Assembly: GCA_003541285.1 (NCBI GenBank) | Contig: DPMS01000234.1 | Location: forward strand, 12,559 to 50,414 | Source: Actinomycetota bacterium | GTDB taxonomy: Bacteria; Actinomycetota; Actinomycetes; Streptosporangiales; Streptosporangiaceae | DNA: 37,856 nt | Direction of reading: 5' to 3' | Part shown: positions 30,995 to 37,856 of the stretch, in pieces | Layout of the letters: every line of letters starts with the position of its first letter | Position numbering within the stretch: the stretch's first letter is position 1 | Notes under the pieces: generated by a model | Told to the model about the DNA's origin: nothing | The model's database searches: none | Seen by the model: only the letters and a program-made list of their open reading frames with translations | Position numbers and translations under genes: made by a program

Positions 30995-31806
30995 GTAGCC
31001 CGGTGGGACAACGGCCAGATCGTGGGTCGGCGCCGTCAACCTGTCAGGCTGCAGATCTTCCTGCCCGGATGGGTGCGCGCCCGCGGCCTGTCGGCCAGGA
31101 AACCATCACCCGCGACAACGTCACGATGCGGGTGGACGCGGTCGTCTACTACCGGGTCGTCGACCCTCTCAAGGCGATCGTCAACGTGCAGGACTACAAA
31201 TTCGCCAGCGCCCAGGTCGCCGCGACCTCGCTGCGGGCGGTCACCGGGCGCAGCGACATGGACCAGTTGCTGTCCGAGCGGGAGAAGGTCAACGCCGAAC
31301 TGAAGACCGTGATCGACCAGCCCACCGAACAGCCCTGGGGCATCCGGGTGGAGAGAGTCGAAGTCAGAGACGTCTCCCTGCCCGAGCCGATGAAACGCTC
31401 GATGTCCCGGCAGGCAGAAGCCGAACGCGAACGCCGGGCACGGATCATCGCCGCCGGCGGCGAATTCCGGGCCGCCAGTAAGCTCGCCCAGGCTGCGTCC
31501 GTCATGGCCGCCGACCCGGCCGCCCTGCAGTTGCGGTTGCTGCAAACGGTCGTCGAGGTTGCCGCCGAGAAAAACAGCCGCACCATCGTGATGCCCGTCC
31601 CGGTGGAAATGCTGCGCTTCCTCGACCGGGTGTCCCGCGCCGCTGACCGAGCCCAGCGTGAGGTGCGGCAGGACGTGGTGCAGGCCCGCCCGAGGGCGGG
31701 CCTGCACGGTCGTCGTCAGATAGCGCGGGCCTGCTCAGCCTGCGGGCCCTTGGGACCCTGGCTGGCGGTGTATTCCACCTTCTGGCCTTCGTCCAGGGTG
31801 CGGTAG
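30995..31806 (+). pseudogene. SPFH/Band-7 (stomatin/HflK-like) gene, 5'-truncated and frameshifted
   Basis: The core is intact from QETITRDNVTMRVDAVVYYRVVDPLKAIVNVQDY...VRDVSLPEPMKRSMSRQAEAERERRARII...AAL.LR.LQTVVEVAAEKNSTIVMPVP. The preceding segment (VARWDNGQIVGRRRQPVRLQIFLPGW, 30995-31081) is in another frame. No N-terminal TM helix remains. The ORF tail runs through the csp terminator hairpin and into csp on the other strand. Confidence 0.6.
31680..31705. terminator. GC-rich hairpin, probable terminator of the cold-shock gene (bidirectional position)
   Basis: GCAGGCCCGCC-CGAG-GGCGGGCCTGC: a perfect 11-bp stem with a 4-nt loop, 10 nt downstream of the csp stop (31716) on the minus strand. 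Confidence 0.6.
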
Positions 31807-31919
31807 CCGCCTGCATCGATCACCGAGTGGTGAACGAAGACGTCGGCGCTGCCGTCATCGGGGGCGATAAATCCGTACCCCTTATCCGGGTTGAACCACT
31901 TCACGGTTCCTTGAGTCAT
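31716..31919 (-). CDS. cold-shock protein (CspA family, CSD fold)
   Basis: [34 protein letters not shown] contains RNP1 (KGYGFI) and RNP2 (VFVHH). 67 aa. GGAGA RBS 8 nt upstream. Confidence 0.95.
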   Translation of the reverse strand: MTQGTVKWFNPDKGYGFIAPDDGSADVFVHHSVIDAGGYRTLDEGQKVEYTASQGPKGPQAEQARAI

Positions 31920-31952
31920 TTCCAGTTCTCCTTCAAGAGACGGGCCTGAAGA

Positions 31953-31970
31953 CCCGCATGGCTATGCGGG
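31953..31970. terminator. hairpin between the DEAD-box helicase stop and the csp start (terminator or csp leader element)
   Basis: CCCGCAT-GGCT-ATGCGGG: 7-bp stem, 4-nt loop, in the 120-nt gap 31920-32039. Confidence 0.3.
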
Positions 31971-32039
31971 CCGGCTGCTGTGTGCCGTGCCGGCCGCACC
32001 TCGCCCGGCAGACCGGTGCAGTCCGGGCACGGTCCGGCG

Positions 32040-33389
32040 TCAGCGCCTGCGGCCCCGGTAGCGGGCGGACATGGCGGCCGCACCGCGGCCGGTGGCCAGG
32101 GTTGCTGCCGGGGCCGGCTGCGGCGCAGCCCGTTGCGCCACTGGCGTTACTGGCTCGGCTGGTTCGCCGGCGATCGAGCGCAGCAGCGGTGAGCCGGGGT
32201 GTGCGGTGGCGGTCAGCGGGATGACGTTCGCCTTCCGCATCAGCGCGCGCACATCACCGGCTTGCGCGGGGGTCTGCAGGGTGATCACCAGGCCGCTGGC
32301 GCCCGCGCGCGCGGTCCGGCCTGACCGGTGCAGGTAGGCCTTGTGCTCGGCCGGCGGATCCGCGTGAATGACCAGATCGATGCCCTCAACGTCGATGCCG
32401 CGGGCCGCGATGTCGGTCGCGACCATGACCCGCGACGCACCGGATGCGAACGACGCAAGATTCCGCTCACGGGCACCCTGCGCAAGGTCGCCGTGCAGTT
32501 CGGCGGCGGGTATCCGCGCCGCAGCCAGCTGGCGGGCGAGCCGCTGCGCCGAACGCCTGGTCCGGGTGAAGATCAGCGACCGGTTCTTGCCACCCGCCAG
32601 GGCAGCGACAACACCCACCCGGTCCGCGGCCGTCACAGTGAGCACGCGGTGGACCATCGCGGCCGGCGCGGCAGCCGCCGAGTCCACCGAATGCCGCGCC
32701 GGGTCGCTCAGGAAACGCCGCACCAGGACATCGACGTCCTTGTCGAGGGTCGCTGAGAACAGCATCCGCTGGCCCTCCGCCGGGGTGGCATCCAGCAGGC
32801 GCCTCACCACCGGCAGGAACCCGAGGTCGGCCATGTGGTCCGCTTCATCGAGCACGCTGACCTCGACATCGCCGAGGTGGCAGTGGCCTTGCCCGATAAG
32901 GTCGGCCAGCCGGCCCGGGCAGGCGACGACGATATCGGTGCGGGCCTGGAGGGCGGCCACCTGGCGGCTCTGCGGGCTGCCCCCGAAGACCGTCACCACG
33001 CTCAGCCCTACCGCCTTGGCCAGGGGCAGGAGGACTGCCTGGACCTGGTTTGCCAGCTCGCGGGTCGGCACCAGCACCAGGCCGCGCGGGCGGCACGCCA
33101 TGGTGTGGCCCCCGGCCAGCGCGGCGACCAGCGGAATGGAGAACGCGAGCGTCTTGCCGGAGCCGGTCCGGCCCCGCCCGAGGATGTCGCGGCCGGCCAG
33201 CGCGTCCGGCAGCGTGGCCGCCTGGATCGGGAACGGGCTGGTGATGCCGGCGTCCGCGAGGGCGGCAGCCACCGCCGTGGGAACGCCGAGGGATGCGAAG
33301 GTGACGCCGGATGCGAAGGTATCTGGCTGGCTGTGCCGGGTATGCCCGCGGCGGGCAGCGTCAGGCCTTTCGATAGGCAGAGCTGACAA
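32040..33389 (-). CDS. DEAD-box ATP-dependent RNA helicase (RhlE/CshA-like)
   Basis: Q-motif region FASLGVP...GITSPFPIQ, Walker A GRTGSGKT, VLVPTRELA, VLDEADHMADLGF (DEAD), SAT, ARGIDV, HRSGRTARAG. Arg-rich C-terminal tail. Confidence 0.9.
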   Translation of the reverse strand: MSALPIERPDAARRGHTRHSQPDTFASGVTFASLGVPTAVAAALADAGITSPFPIQAATLPDALAGRDILGRGRTGSGKTLAFSIPLVAALAGGHTMACRPRGLVLVPTRELANQVQAVLLPLAKAVGLSVVTVFGGSPQSRQVAALQARTDIVVACPGRLADLIGQGHCHLGDVEVSVLDEADHMADLGFLPVVRRLLDATPAEGQRMLFSATLDKDVDVLVRRFLSDPARHSVDSAAAAPAAMVHRVLTVTAADRVGVVAALAGGKNRSLIFTRTRRSAQRLARQLAAARIPAAELHGDLAQGARERNLASFASGASRVMVATDIAARGIDVEGIDLVIHADPPAEHKAYLHRSGRTARAGASGLVITLQTPAQAGDVRALMRKANVIPLTATAHPGSPLLRSIAGEPAEPVTPVAQRAAPQPAPAATLATGRGAAAMSARYRGRRR

Positions 33390-33707
33390 AAGATCTGTCC
33401 TTAGGACTTTGGTGGCCGCATAGTCGGAGGGCCACCACGTCCGTGGGAACCGGCTCGATCACCGAGCGACATACGACCGGCGCGCCCTTGATGGCTGCGC
33501 CGTACCAGAGCAGCTTACCGCAAGCCAAGATCCACGGATGCGCGGCCGGTGCGGCCCAGCATGACATGCTGCACGAACCGGGGCGAGACGCGGCAGATGG
33601 TAACGTCAGAGAACCGAGGACTTCTCGTGCGCTGGCAGTCATGTCAGCGTCGCCCTGGGCGCACAGCAGACTGGTTCCGTCTGGAACCGAGATGGGCCTG
33701 GCCAGGC

Positions 33708-34118
33708 ATGATGCTGCACGGTACTGGTCTTCCACCCAGCGGGCTCAGGTTTTCGGCGCGGACCGGAGACGGCTATACCATCGCGGCGCTCAGCGGCAGG
33801 CTCGACGTTGCCCGCGCTTCCGTGCTGCGTGAGCAGCTTCTCGGTGTACTCAGGCCGTGGGCCAGCCGGCTCGTCCTCGATCTGTCCGAAGTCAGCTTCT
33901 GCGACGCCAGGGGCCTTGCGGTGCTGGTCGGCACCGGCCGCAGGGCCAGGCTGCTCGGCGGGGTGCTGCGCCTGGCCGCGCCCTCGCCCGCTGTGACTGC
34001 GGCGCTGCGCATCAGCGGCCTGCTCCGGCAATTCGACATCTTCCCGACCGTCCTGGCGGCGACCGCGCAGCCGCAAGCCGGCACCTCATGGGTACCAGCT
34101 CAAGCCCTCCCGCTCTGA
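33708..34118 (+). CDS. STAS-domain protein (anti-sigma-factor antagonist-like)
   Basis: GYTIAALSGRLDVARASVLREQLLGVL...RLVLDLSEVSFCDARGLAVLVG...RLAAPSPAVTAALRISGLLRQFDIFPT. The ORF opens at 33549; ATG 33708 gives a typical ~136-aa size. Confidence 0.75.
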   Translation: MMLHGTGLPPSGLRFSARTGDGYTIAALSGRLDVARASVLREQLLGVLRPWASRLVLDLSEVSFCDARGLAVLVGTGRRARLLGGVLRLAAPSPAVTAALRISGLLRQFDIFPTVLAATAQPQAGTSWVPAQALPL

Positions 34119-34139
34119 CCTCCCATGCAGGCGGGCGCG

Positions 34140-34310
34140 TCAGTTACTGCCGTCTGAAATGTTCTGTCTCGGAGTGGCTGAGGCGTCACCGGGAGAGACC
34201 CCGAGGTAGACGCGGCCCATCCCGCCGTGCCCGAGCAGCCCGATGAGCTGGTGCCTGCCGAGGTGCTGCGGGTCGCCCGGGGCCAGTGGCTGTATCAGAG
34301 GCCCGGTCAT
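34140..34310 (-). pseudogene. N-terminal stub of a Ser/Thr protein kinase (Hanks type)
   Basis: MTGPLIQPLAPGDPQHLGRHQLIGLLGHGGMGRVYLGVSPGD contains the Gly-rich loop (LGxGGMGxVY). It stops about 12 codons later, with no VAxK Lys or catalytic loop in any frame downstream. Confidence 0.55.
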
Positions 34311-34508
34311 GCGCCCTCCGGATTCCGCGGGCCAGCACGGCTGCGATGGGTGGGCAAGAACAGCAAGTGCAGGTCTCGCGCCAGCCGTGGGCAGAGCGCC
34401 GCGGGCCAACTTCCAGATATCTGGAAGCCGGGCGCAAACCGTTGACCTGCGCAGCCTGCCGTCCGCATCCTCGAAGGACCCACCAGGCTGCCGCGCGAGC
34501 GGCGCGTC

Positions 34509-35531
34509 GTGCAAGGACGGAATGTGATGACTGATCGCGGGCAGGCAACGCGCCGCCCGCCCCGTGCCCCGATGCCGAGGCGCAGGCGCAAACGCTGGGC
34601 GGCCGCGGCCGGTGTGGCCACCTGCTGGGCGCTGCTGCTCGCCATGACCGGATCTGTCGTTGCCGGCACCGCGTTCCTGCTGTTCTTGCTGGCGCTCGGC
34701 GCCGGGTGCGTGGTGGCGTTGCGGGCCATGGGAGTCGGTGCGGCACACCCATGGATCCAGCGGGTACGCAGCCGCCCGTGGCGCGACGGGCAGGAGGTCC
34801 TGCAACTGGGCCTGCGTCACCTGCCCGATGTCTTCGTGATAACCCCGGGTGGGTCGCTGCTCGCGCCGAACTCGGTCGAATTGCGGCTGAACCCGCGTGA
34901 GTTCGGCTCGCTGTGCGAGCTGATGGACATCAGCCTGGTCAACGCGAGTGCTTCCGAGGTGTACCAGGAGCAGGCTGCCGCCTGCGGCGCCCGGTTCGCC
35001 CGCCCGGGTGCGGCCGAGGTGTGGGTCACCGGCGATCCCTCGGTGCCGGCCGGCCGTTACCAGCTGCGGCAGGCCCGCCCGCTGGACACGGCGTCTGCCT
35101 TCCAGCCGGTCCGGGATTCTCAGCTGGTCCCGGCCGGCGGCTGGCCCTACGCCCACGATGGGCACACTCGCGGCGAGCCCGCATCGGCTGGGACGGTTGT
35201 CACCGGCCTGCCGACGGTCGCCGATCGGGGCCAGCCCCCGGTCCCGGCGCTGCGGCTGATCACGGGTGACTGTGTGGCGGAGACCCGGATGCCGGGTGCC
35301 CGCGCGGGGCGCGGGGAAGTGGAGCTCGTCCTGCCCGGGGTGCCCACGGTTTCCAGGGAGCACGCCCGGTTCACCTACGCCGACGGTCAGTGGTGGGTCA
35401 CGAACCTCGGCCGGAACGGGCTGACCCTGAACGGCGTCCCGCTGGTGGGGCAGCGCCCGGTCCGCGACGGCGATTCGATCCGGTGGGGGAGCAAGGCGGA
35501 CGCGCCGGTGTCCCGGGTTGAGGTCGGCTGA
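34509..35531 (+). CDS. membrane-anchored FHA-domain protein (FhaA/DUF3662-like middle region)
   Basis: Arg-rich N-terminus, two hydrophobic helices (WAAAAGVATCWALLLAMTGSVVAGTAFLLFLLALGAGCVVAL), a VELRLNPREFGSL segment, and a C-terminal FHA domain (VSREHARFTYADGQWWVTNLGRNGLTLNGVPL...VRDGDSIRWG). Confidence 0.8.
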   Translation: MQGRNVMTDRGQATRRPPRAPMPRRRRKRWAAAAGVATCWALLLAMTGSVVAGTAFLLFLLALGAGCVVALRAMGVGAAHPWIQRVRSRPWRDGQEVLQLGLRHLPDVFVITPGGSLLAPNSVELRLNPREFGSLCELMDISLVNASASEVYQEQAAACGARFARPGAAEVWVTGDPSVPAGRYQLRQARPLDTASAFQPVRDSQLVPAGGWPYAHDGHTRGEPASAGTVVTGLPTVADRGQPPVPALRLITGDCVAETRMPGARAGRGEVELVLPGVPTVSREHARFTYADGQWWVTNLGRNGLTLNGVPLVGQRPVRDGDSIRWGSKADAPVSRVEVG

Positions 35532-35707
35532 CCGCGCTGCTGCCCCTGCTCCGCTGACCAGCAGCAATCATTTCGCCCAACGGCTGCCAGCGACGGCGGT
35601 ACCGGACATGCCGGCCAGGCGCTGCCGCCGGGCATCATGGATCACGTGAACAGCACCAGCTGGGGCAGTGCTGCGGACGGGGTGAGCCGGGCAGCGGGGG
35701 AGCGGCG

Positions 35708-36544
35708 ATGAGCCAGCTCCTTATCTGGCGGCCTGAGCTCGGCAAGTGGGTGAGCTGCCCGGCCGACCAGATCACGTGGCTGGACCGGAGCCTGCTCAGC
35801 GGCAACCGGGACCTCACCCTGCACCGCCCTCCGCGGTGTGCTGGCCTCCGCTACGTCCACCATCAGTGGGAGCTGTTCAGCCGCGACACCACCCACGAGG
35901 TGTACCTGGCGCCACATGAGGACGAGACGCCGCTGGATCACCAGGCGGTGCAGCTGGCAGCCCGGCACGTTCTGCCGGTGGCACCGGCCCAGCACTACGA
36001 GACACTGCCGGTCGTGCTCGAGAACGGGGCCTGGCTGGTGAGCGTCGGCACCTGGGTGCTGCCGCTGCGGCTGGAGGCGCCGGCCCGCCGCGGCACCCAG
36101 CCAGCCGCGCCGCACGGCAGTGAGCAGCCGCCCACCCAGGAGGAGCGGGTCCGGGTGGCCAGGCGGGGCAGCCCGCCCCGGCCGGAGGCGGCGGCCGACG
36201 TGCGCGCCTGGTTCGACCGCAACGGCACCGCCCGGATGGCGATGGCCCTTCACTACCAGGAGTACATCCTCGGACTGCCTGCCCCGCAGCCGGTGCCGAT
36301 GATGGAAGTCGCCATCGCCCTGGACCTGAGCGGCGAAGGCGCGGTCTCCGACTACAAGAAGCTGCTGCAGGACTTCATCTGGGCCGAACGCGGTCACCCC
36401 CGGCAACTGGCGGAGTTCCTGCTCGCCAACGGGCTGCTGACGCGTGCTGACCTGGAGCTCGCCCGGAAGACCGCGGTGGCCAACGAGCGCAGTGGCAAGA
36501 GCGAGCTGACCCGGCAGCGGCTTCAGTACCTGAAGAAGAAGTAG
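35708..36544 (+). CDS. hypothetical protein with FHA-like N-terminal pattern and helical, basic C-terminus
   Basis: GC3 is high in this frame. The N-terminus GNRDLTLHRPPRCAGLRYVHHQWELFSRDTTHEVYL loosely follows the FHA pattern (GR..dl.l....vSr.Ha.l....W.l.D..S.nG..l). No other motif recognised. Confidence 0.55.
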   Translation: MSQLLIWRPELGKWVSCPADQITWLDRSLLSGNRDLTLHRPPRCAGLRYVHHQWELFSRDTTHEVYLAPHEDETPLDHQAVQLAARHVLPVAPAQHYETLPVVLENGAWLVSVGTWVLPLRLEAPARRGTQPAAPHGSEQPPTQEERVRVARRGSPPRPEAAADVRAWFDRNGTARMAMALHYQEYILGLPAPQPVPMMEVAIALDLSGEGAVSDYKKLLQDFIWAERGHPRQLAEFLLANGLLTRADLELARKTAVANERSGKSELTRQRLQYLKKK

Positions 36545-36576
36545 CGTCCCGGCGTGCCCGCGGACTGACCGGGGCG

Positions 36577-37856
36577 CTACTGGCCCAGTTCCCGGACCTG
36601 CTGAAGACTGTGATCGTGCAACTGGCCGGGCGGGTACGGGGCAAGACCGTGTTCTTCGAGCCGGTCCCGGCATTGTGGCTGCTCAGGCCGGTGGGCCTGG
36701 CGTTGCGCACGGACTACCGATAGGCACATGACGCCGAGCGGGCCGGCGACGAAGATGGAGGCCTCGAAGATGCCATGAGCGCGGCTCAGGAGACCGAGGC
36801 CGAGGGCGGTCGGGATGAAGATTCCGTAGCCGATGGTGCTGACCACCGACGAGGCCCCGGCCCTGATGTTCGACGGCATCGCCTCCTGCAGGTAGCGGGT
36901 CAAGGCGATGTTGAGGACCGTGATCCCCATGATCGTGGCCACCTGAGCGCCGATCACCACGACCGGGATCCTGACGAACAGGCCGCTGGAGACCGCGAGG
37001 GTGCCGAATCCGGCCACCAGCACCGTGCGCCCGCCCCGCAACCTGCCGGCGAGGGCACCGCCACTCCACGTCCCCGAATGCAGAAGCGCGCAACTGGGTC
37101 CGTACCAGATCGCGGGCAGGGCCAGGCCGAGGTACCAGAGCTGGCTGAATTCGATCAGCAGGCGCATGGCCACGCAGTTGGCCACCAGGCCGACGACGAT
37201 CCAGGCGACATCGGCCTTGGTCGCGCCGCGCAGTATCTGGCCGAGGTGAGCCGACAGATGCGCTTTGGCGGCCTTGCGGTGCAGGCTGGGCTCGCGGAAC
37301 CGGTGCAAGGTTACGAACGCGCAGCACGTGAACGGAATCGTCAGGAAGTATTCGAGCTGCAGGCTGGCGAACCGCGCGACGCCCGCGCTGAGCAGTGCAC
37401 TCGTGATGAACGCCGCTGAGTCGAACATCTGCAGGCGGCCGTAGAAGTGCTCGAAGCTGTCAGCCGAGCCCGTCTCCTCGACAACCACGTCGTAGATCGC
37501 CGAGTCGTAGGTCCCTGCGTACGCCGCATAGAAAAGGCCCCAGGCCGACAGCCCGGCGGCGTACATCACGAGACCGTGGCTGAGCCCGCATACCAGGGAA
37601 CTGGCGATGAGCGCGCAGGTGGCGAGGTTGAGCACTCCCTTACGGCTCCACCGGTCAGCAAGAATGCCGAGCGGGATGTTAGCTGTCATCATGACCACGA
37701 TGTAGACAAGCGTGGCGATGGTTATGAGGTAATCATTCAGGCCCATGGACCGCATGAAGAGTTTCTCGATCGAATACCACAGCACGAAGCCATGAATGAA
37801 TCCGGTCGCGTAAAGGGGCCGTAGCCGCGTTTCGATGGGCCGGGCTGCCAGTGTGC
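36577..37856 (-). CDS. MFS transporter, 5'-partial (frame open to the window edge)
   Basis: More than 10 hydrophobic segments and the MFS loop motif GILADRWSRKGV (G-x-x-x-D-R-x-x-R-(K/R)). The frame stays open upstream of GTG 37785 (TLAARPIETRLRPLYATGFIHGF...), so the true start is probably outside the window. Confidence 0.85.
   Translation of the reverse strand, partial: TLAARPIETRLRPLYATGFIHGFVLWYSIEKLFMRSMGLNDYLITIATLVYIVVMMTANIPLGILADRWSRKGVLNLATCALIASSLVCGLSHGLVMYAAGLSAWGLFYAAYAGTYDSAIYDVVVEETGSADSFEHFYGRLQMFDSAAFITSALLSAGVARFASLQLEYFLTIPFTCCAFVTLHRFREPSLHRKAAKAHLSAHLGQILRGATKADVAWIVVGLVANCVAMRLLIEFSQLWYLGLALPAIWYGPSCALLHSGTWSGGALAGRLRGGRTVLVAGFGTLAVSSGLFVRIPVVVIGAQVATIMGITVLNIALTRYLQEAMPSNIRAGASSVVSTIGYGIFIPTALGLGLLSRAHGIFEASIFVAGPLGVMCLSVVRAQRQAHRPEQPQCRDRLEEHGLAPYPPGQLHDHSLQQVRELGQ

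Noticed and set aside
34311-35567. Upstream 418 codons of the 475-aa minus-strand ORF 34140..35567
   Set aside because: Only the last ~56 codons (34140-34310) look like a real protein (a kinase Gly-loop). The rest is antisense to the FHA gene and is Arg/Pro/Gly-rich.
35642-36673. 343-aa minus-strand ORF opposite the 278-aa hypothetical
   Set aside because: The plus-strand frame has the better GC3 pattern and a more protein-like composition. The minus-strand product is Pro/Arg/Gly-rich.
1-37856. Scan for CRISPR arrays, rRNA, tRNA, IS elements/transposases, integrases and long tandem repeats
   Set aside because: Visual inspection found no regularly spaced repeats, no tRNA-like cloverleaf candidates in the low-GC gaps, and no transposase or integrase motifs in any long ORF. 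A tRNAscan/Infernal/ISfinder run would be needed to be definitive.

Overview
This is a high-GC, actinomycete-type chromosomal window (third codon positions are mostly G/C); I cannot assign a species. I can support about 35 features.

Layout:
- Left third (1-16.8 kb): a 5'-partial hypothetical gene, a decayed GNAT-toxin/antitoxin remnant, RecD2 helicase, a decayed NTF2-like pseudogene and a GT2-like glycosyltransferase. These are followed by a tightly packed catabolic operon (APC permease, SDR, aldehyde dehydrogenase, D-threonine-aldolase/D-serine-deaminase-like PLP enzyme, threonine-synthase-like PLP enzyme, RidA) with a GntR regulator, and a kinase-aminotransferase fusion gene.
- Centre (16.9-30.3 kb): a 1521-aa DUF4011-type SF1 helicase on the minus strand. 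It faces, across about 1.3 kb of gene-poor DNA, a visibly lower-GC cassette on the plus strand.
- Right third (30.3-37.9 kb): a DUF998 membrane protein, a frameshifted SPFH/Band-7 pseudogene, a cold-shock protein plus DEAD-box helicase, a STAS protein, a Ser/Thr-kinase stub, an FHA membrane protein, a hypothetical protein and a partial MFS transporter.

Main candidate for an undescribed system: the lower-GC cassette at about 22.6-30.3 kb. Its genes are chained by start/stop overlaps:
- a TIR protein with a degenerate STAND-like P-loop
- a canonical P-loop STAND NTPase with C-terminal TPRs
- a radical SAM/SPASM enzyme with an N-terminal PqqD/RRE-like domain
- a GalT-like (HxHxQ) HIT nucleotidyltransferase
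- possibly small coupled ORFs at both ends

I saw no rRNA, tRNA, CRISPR array, IS element or integrase. All functional calls rest on motif recognition by eye and need HMM/BLAST confirmation.
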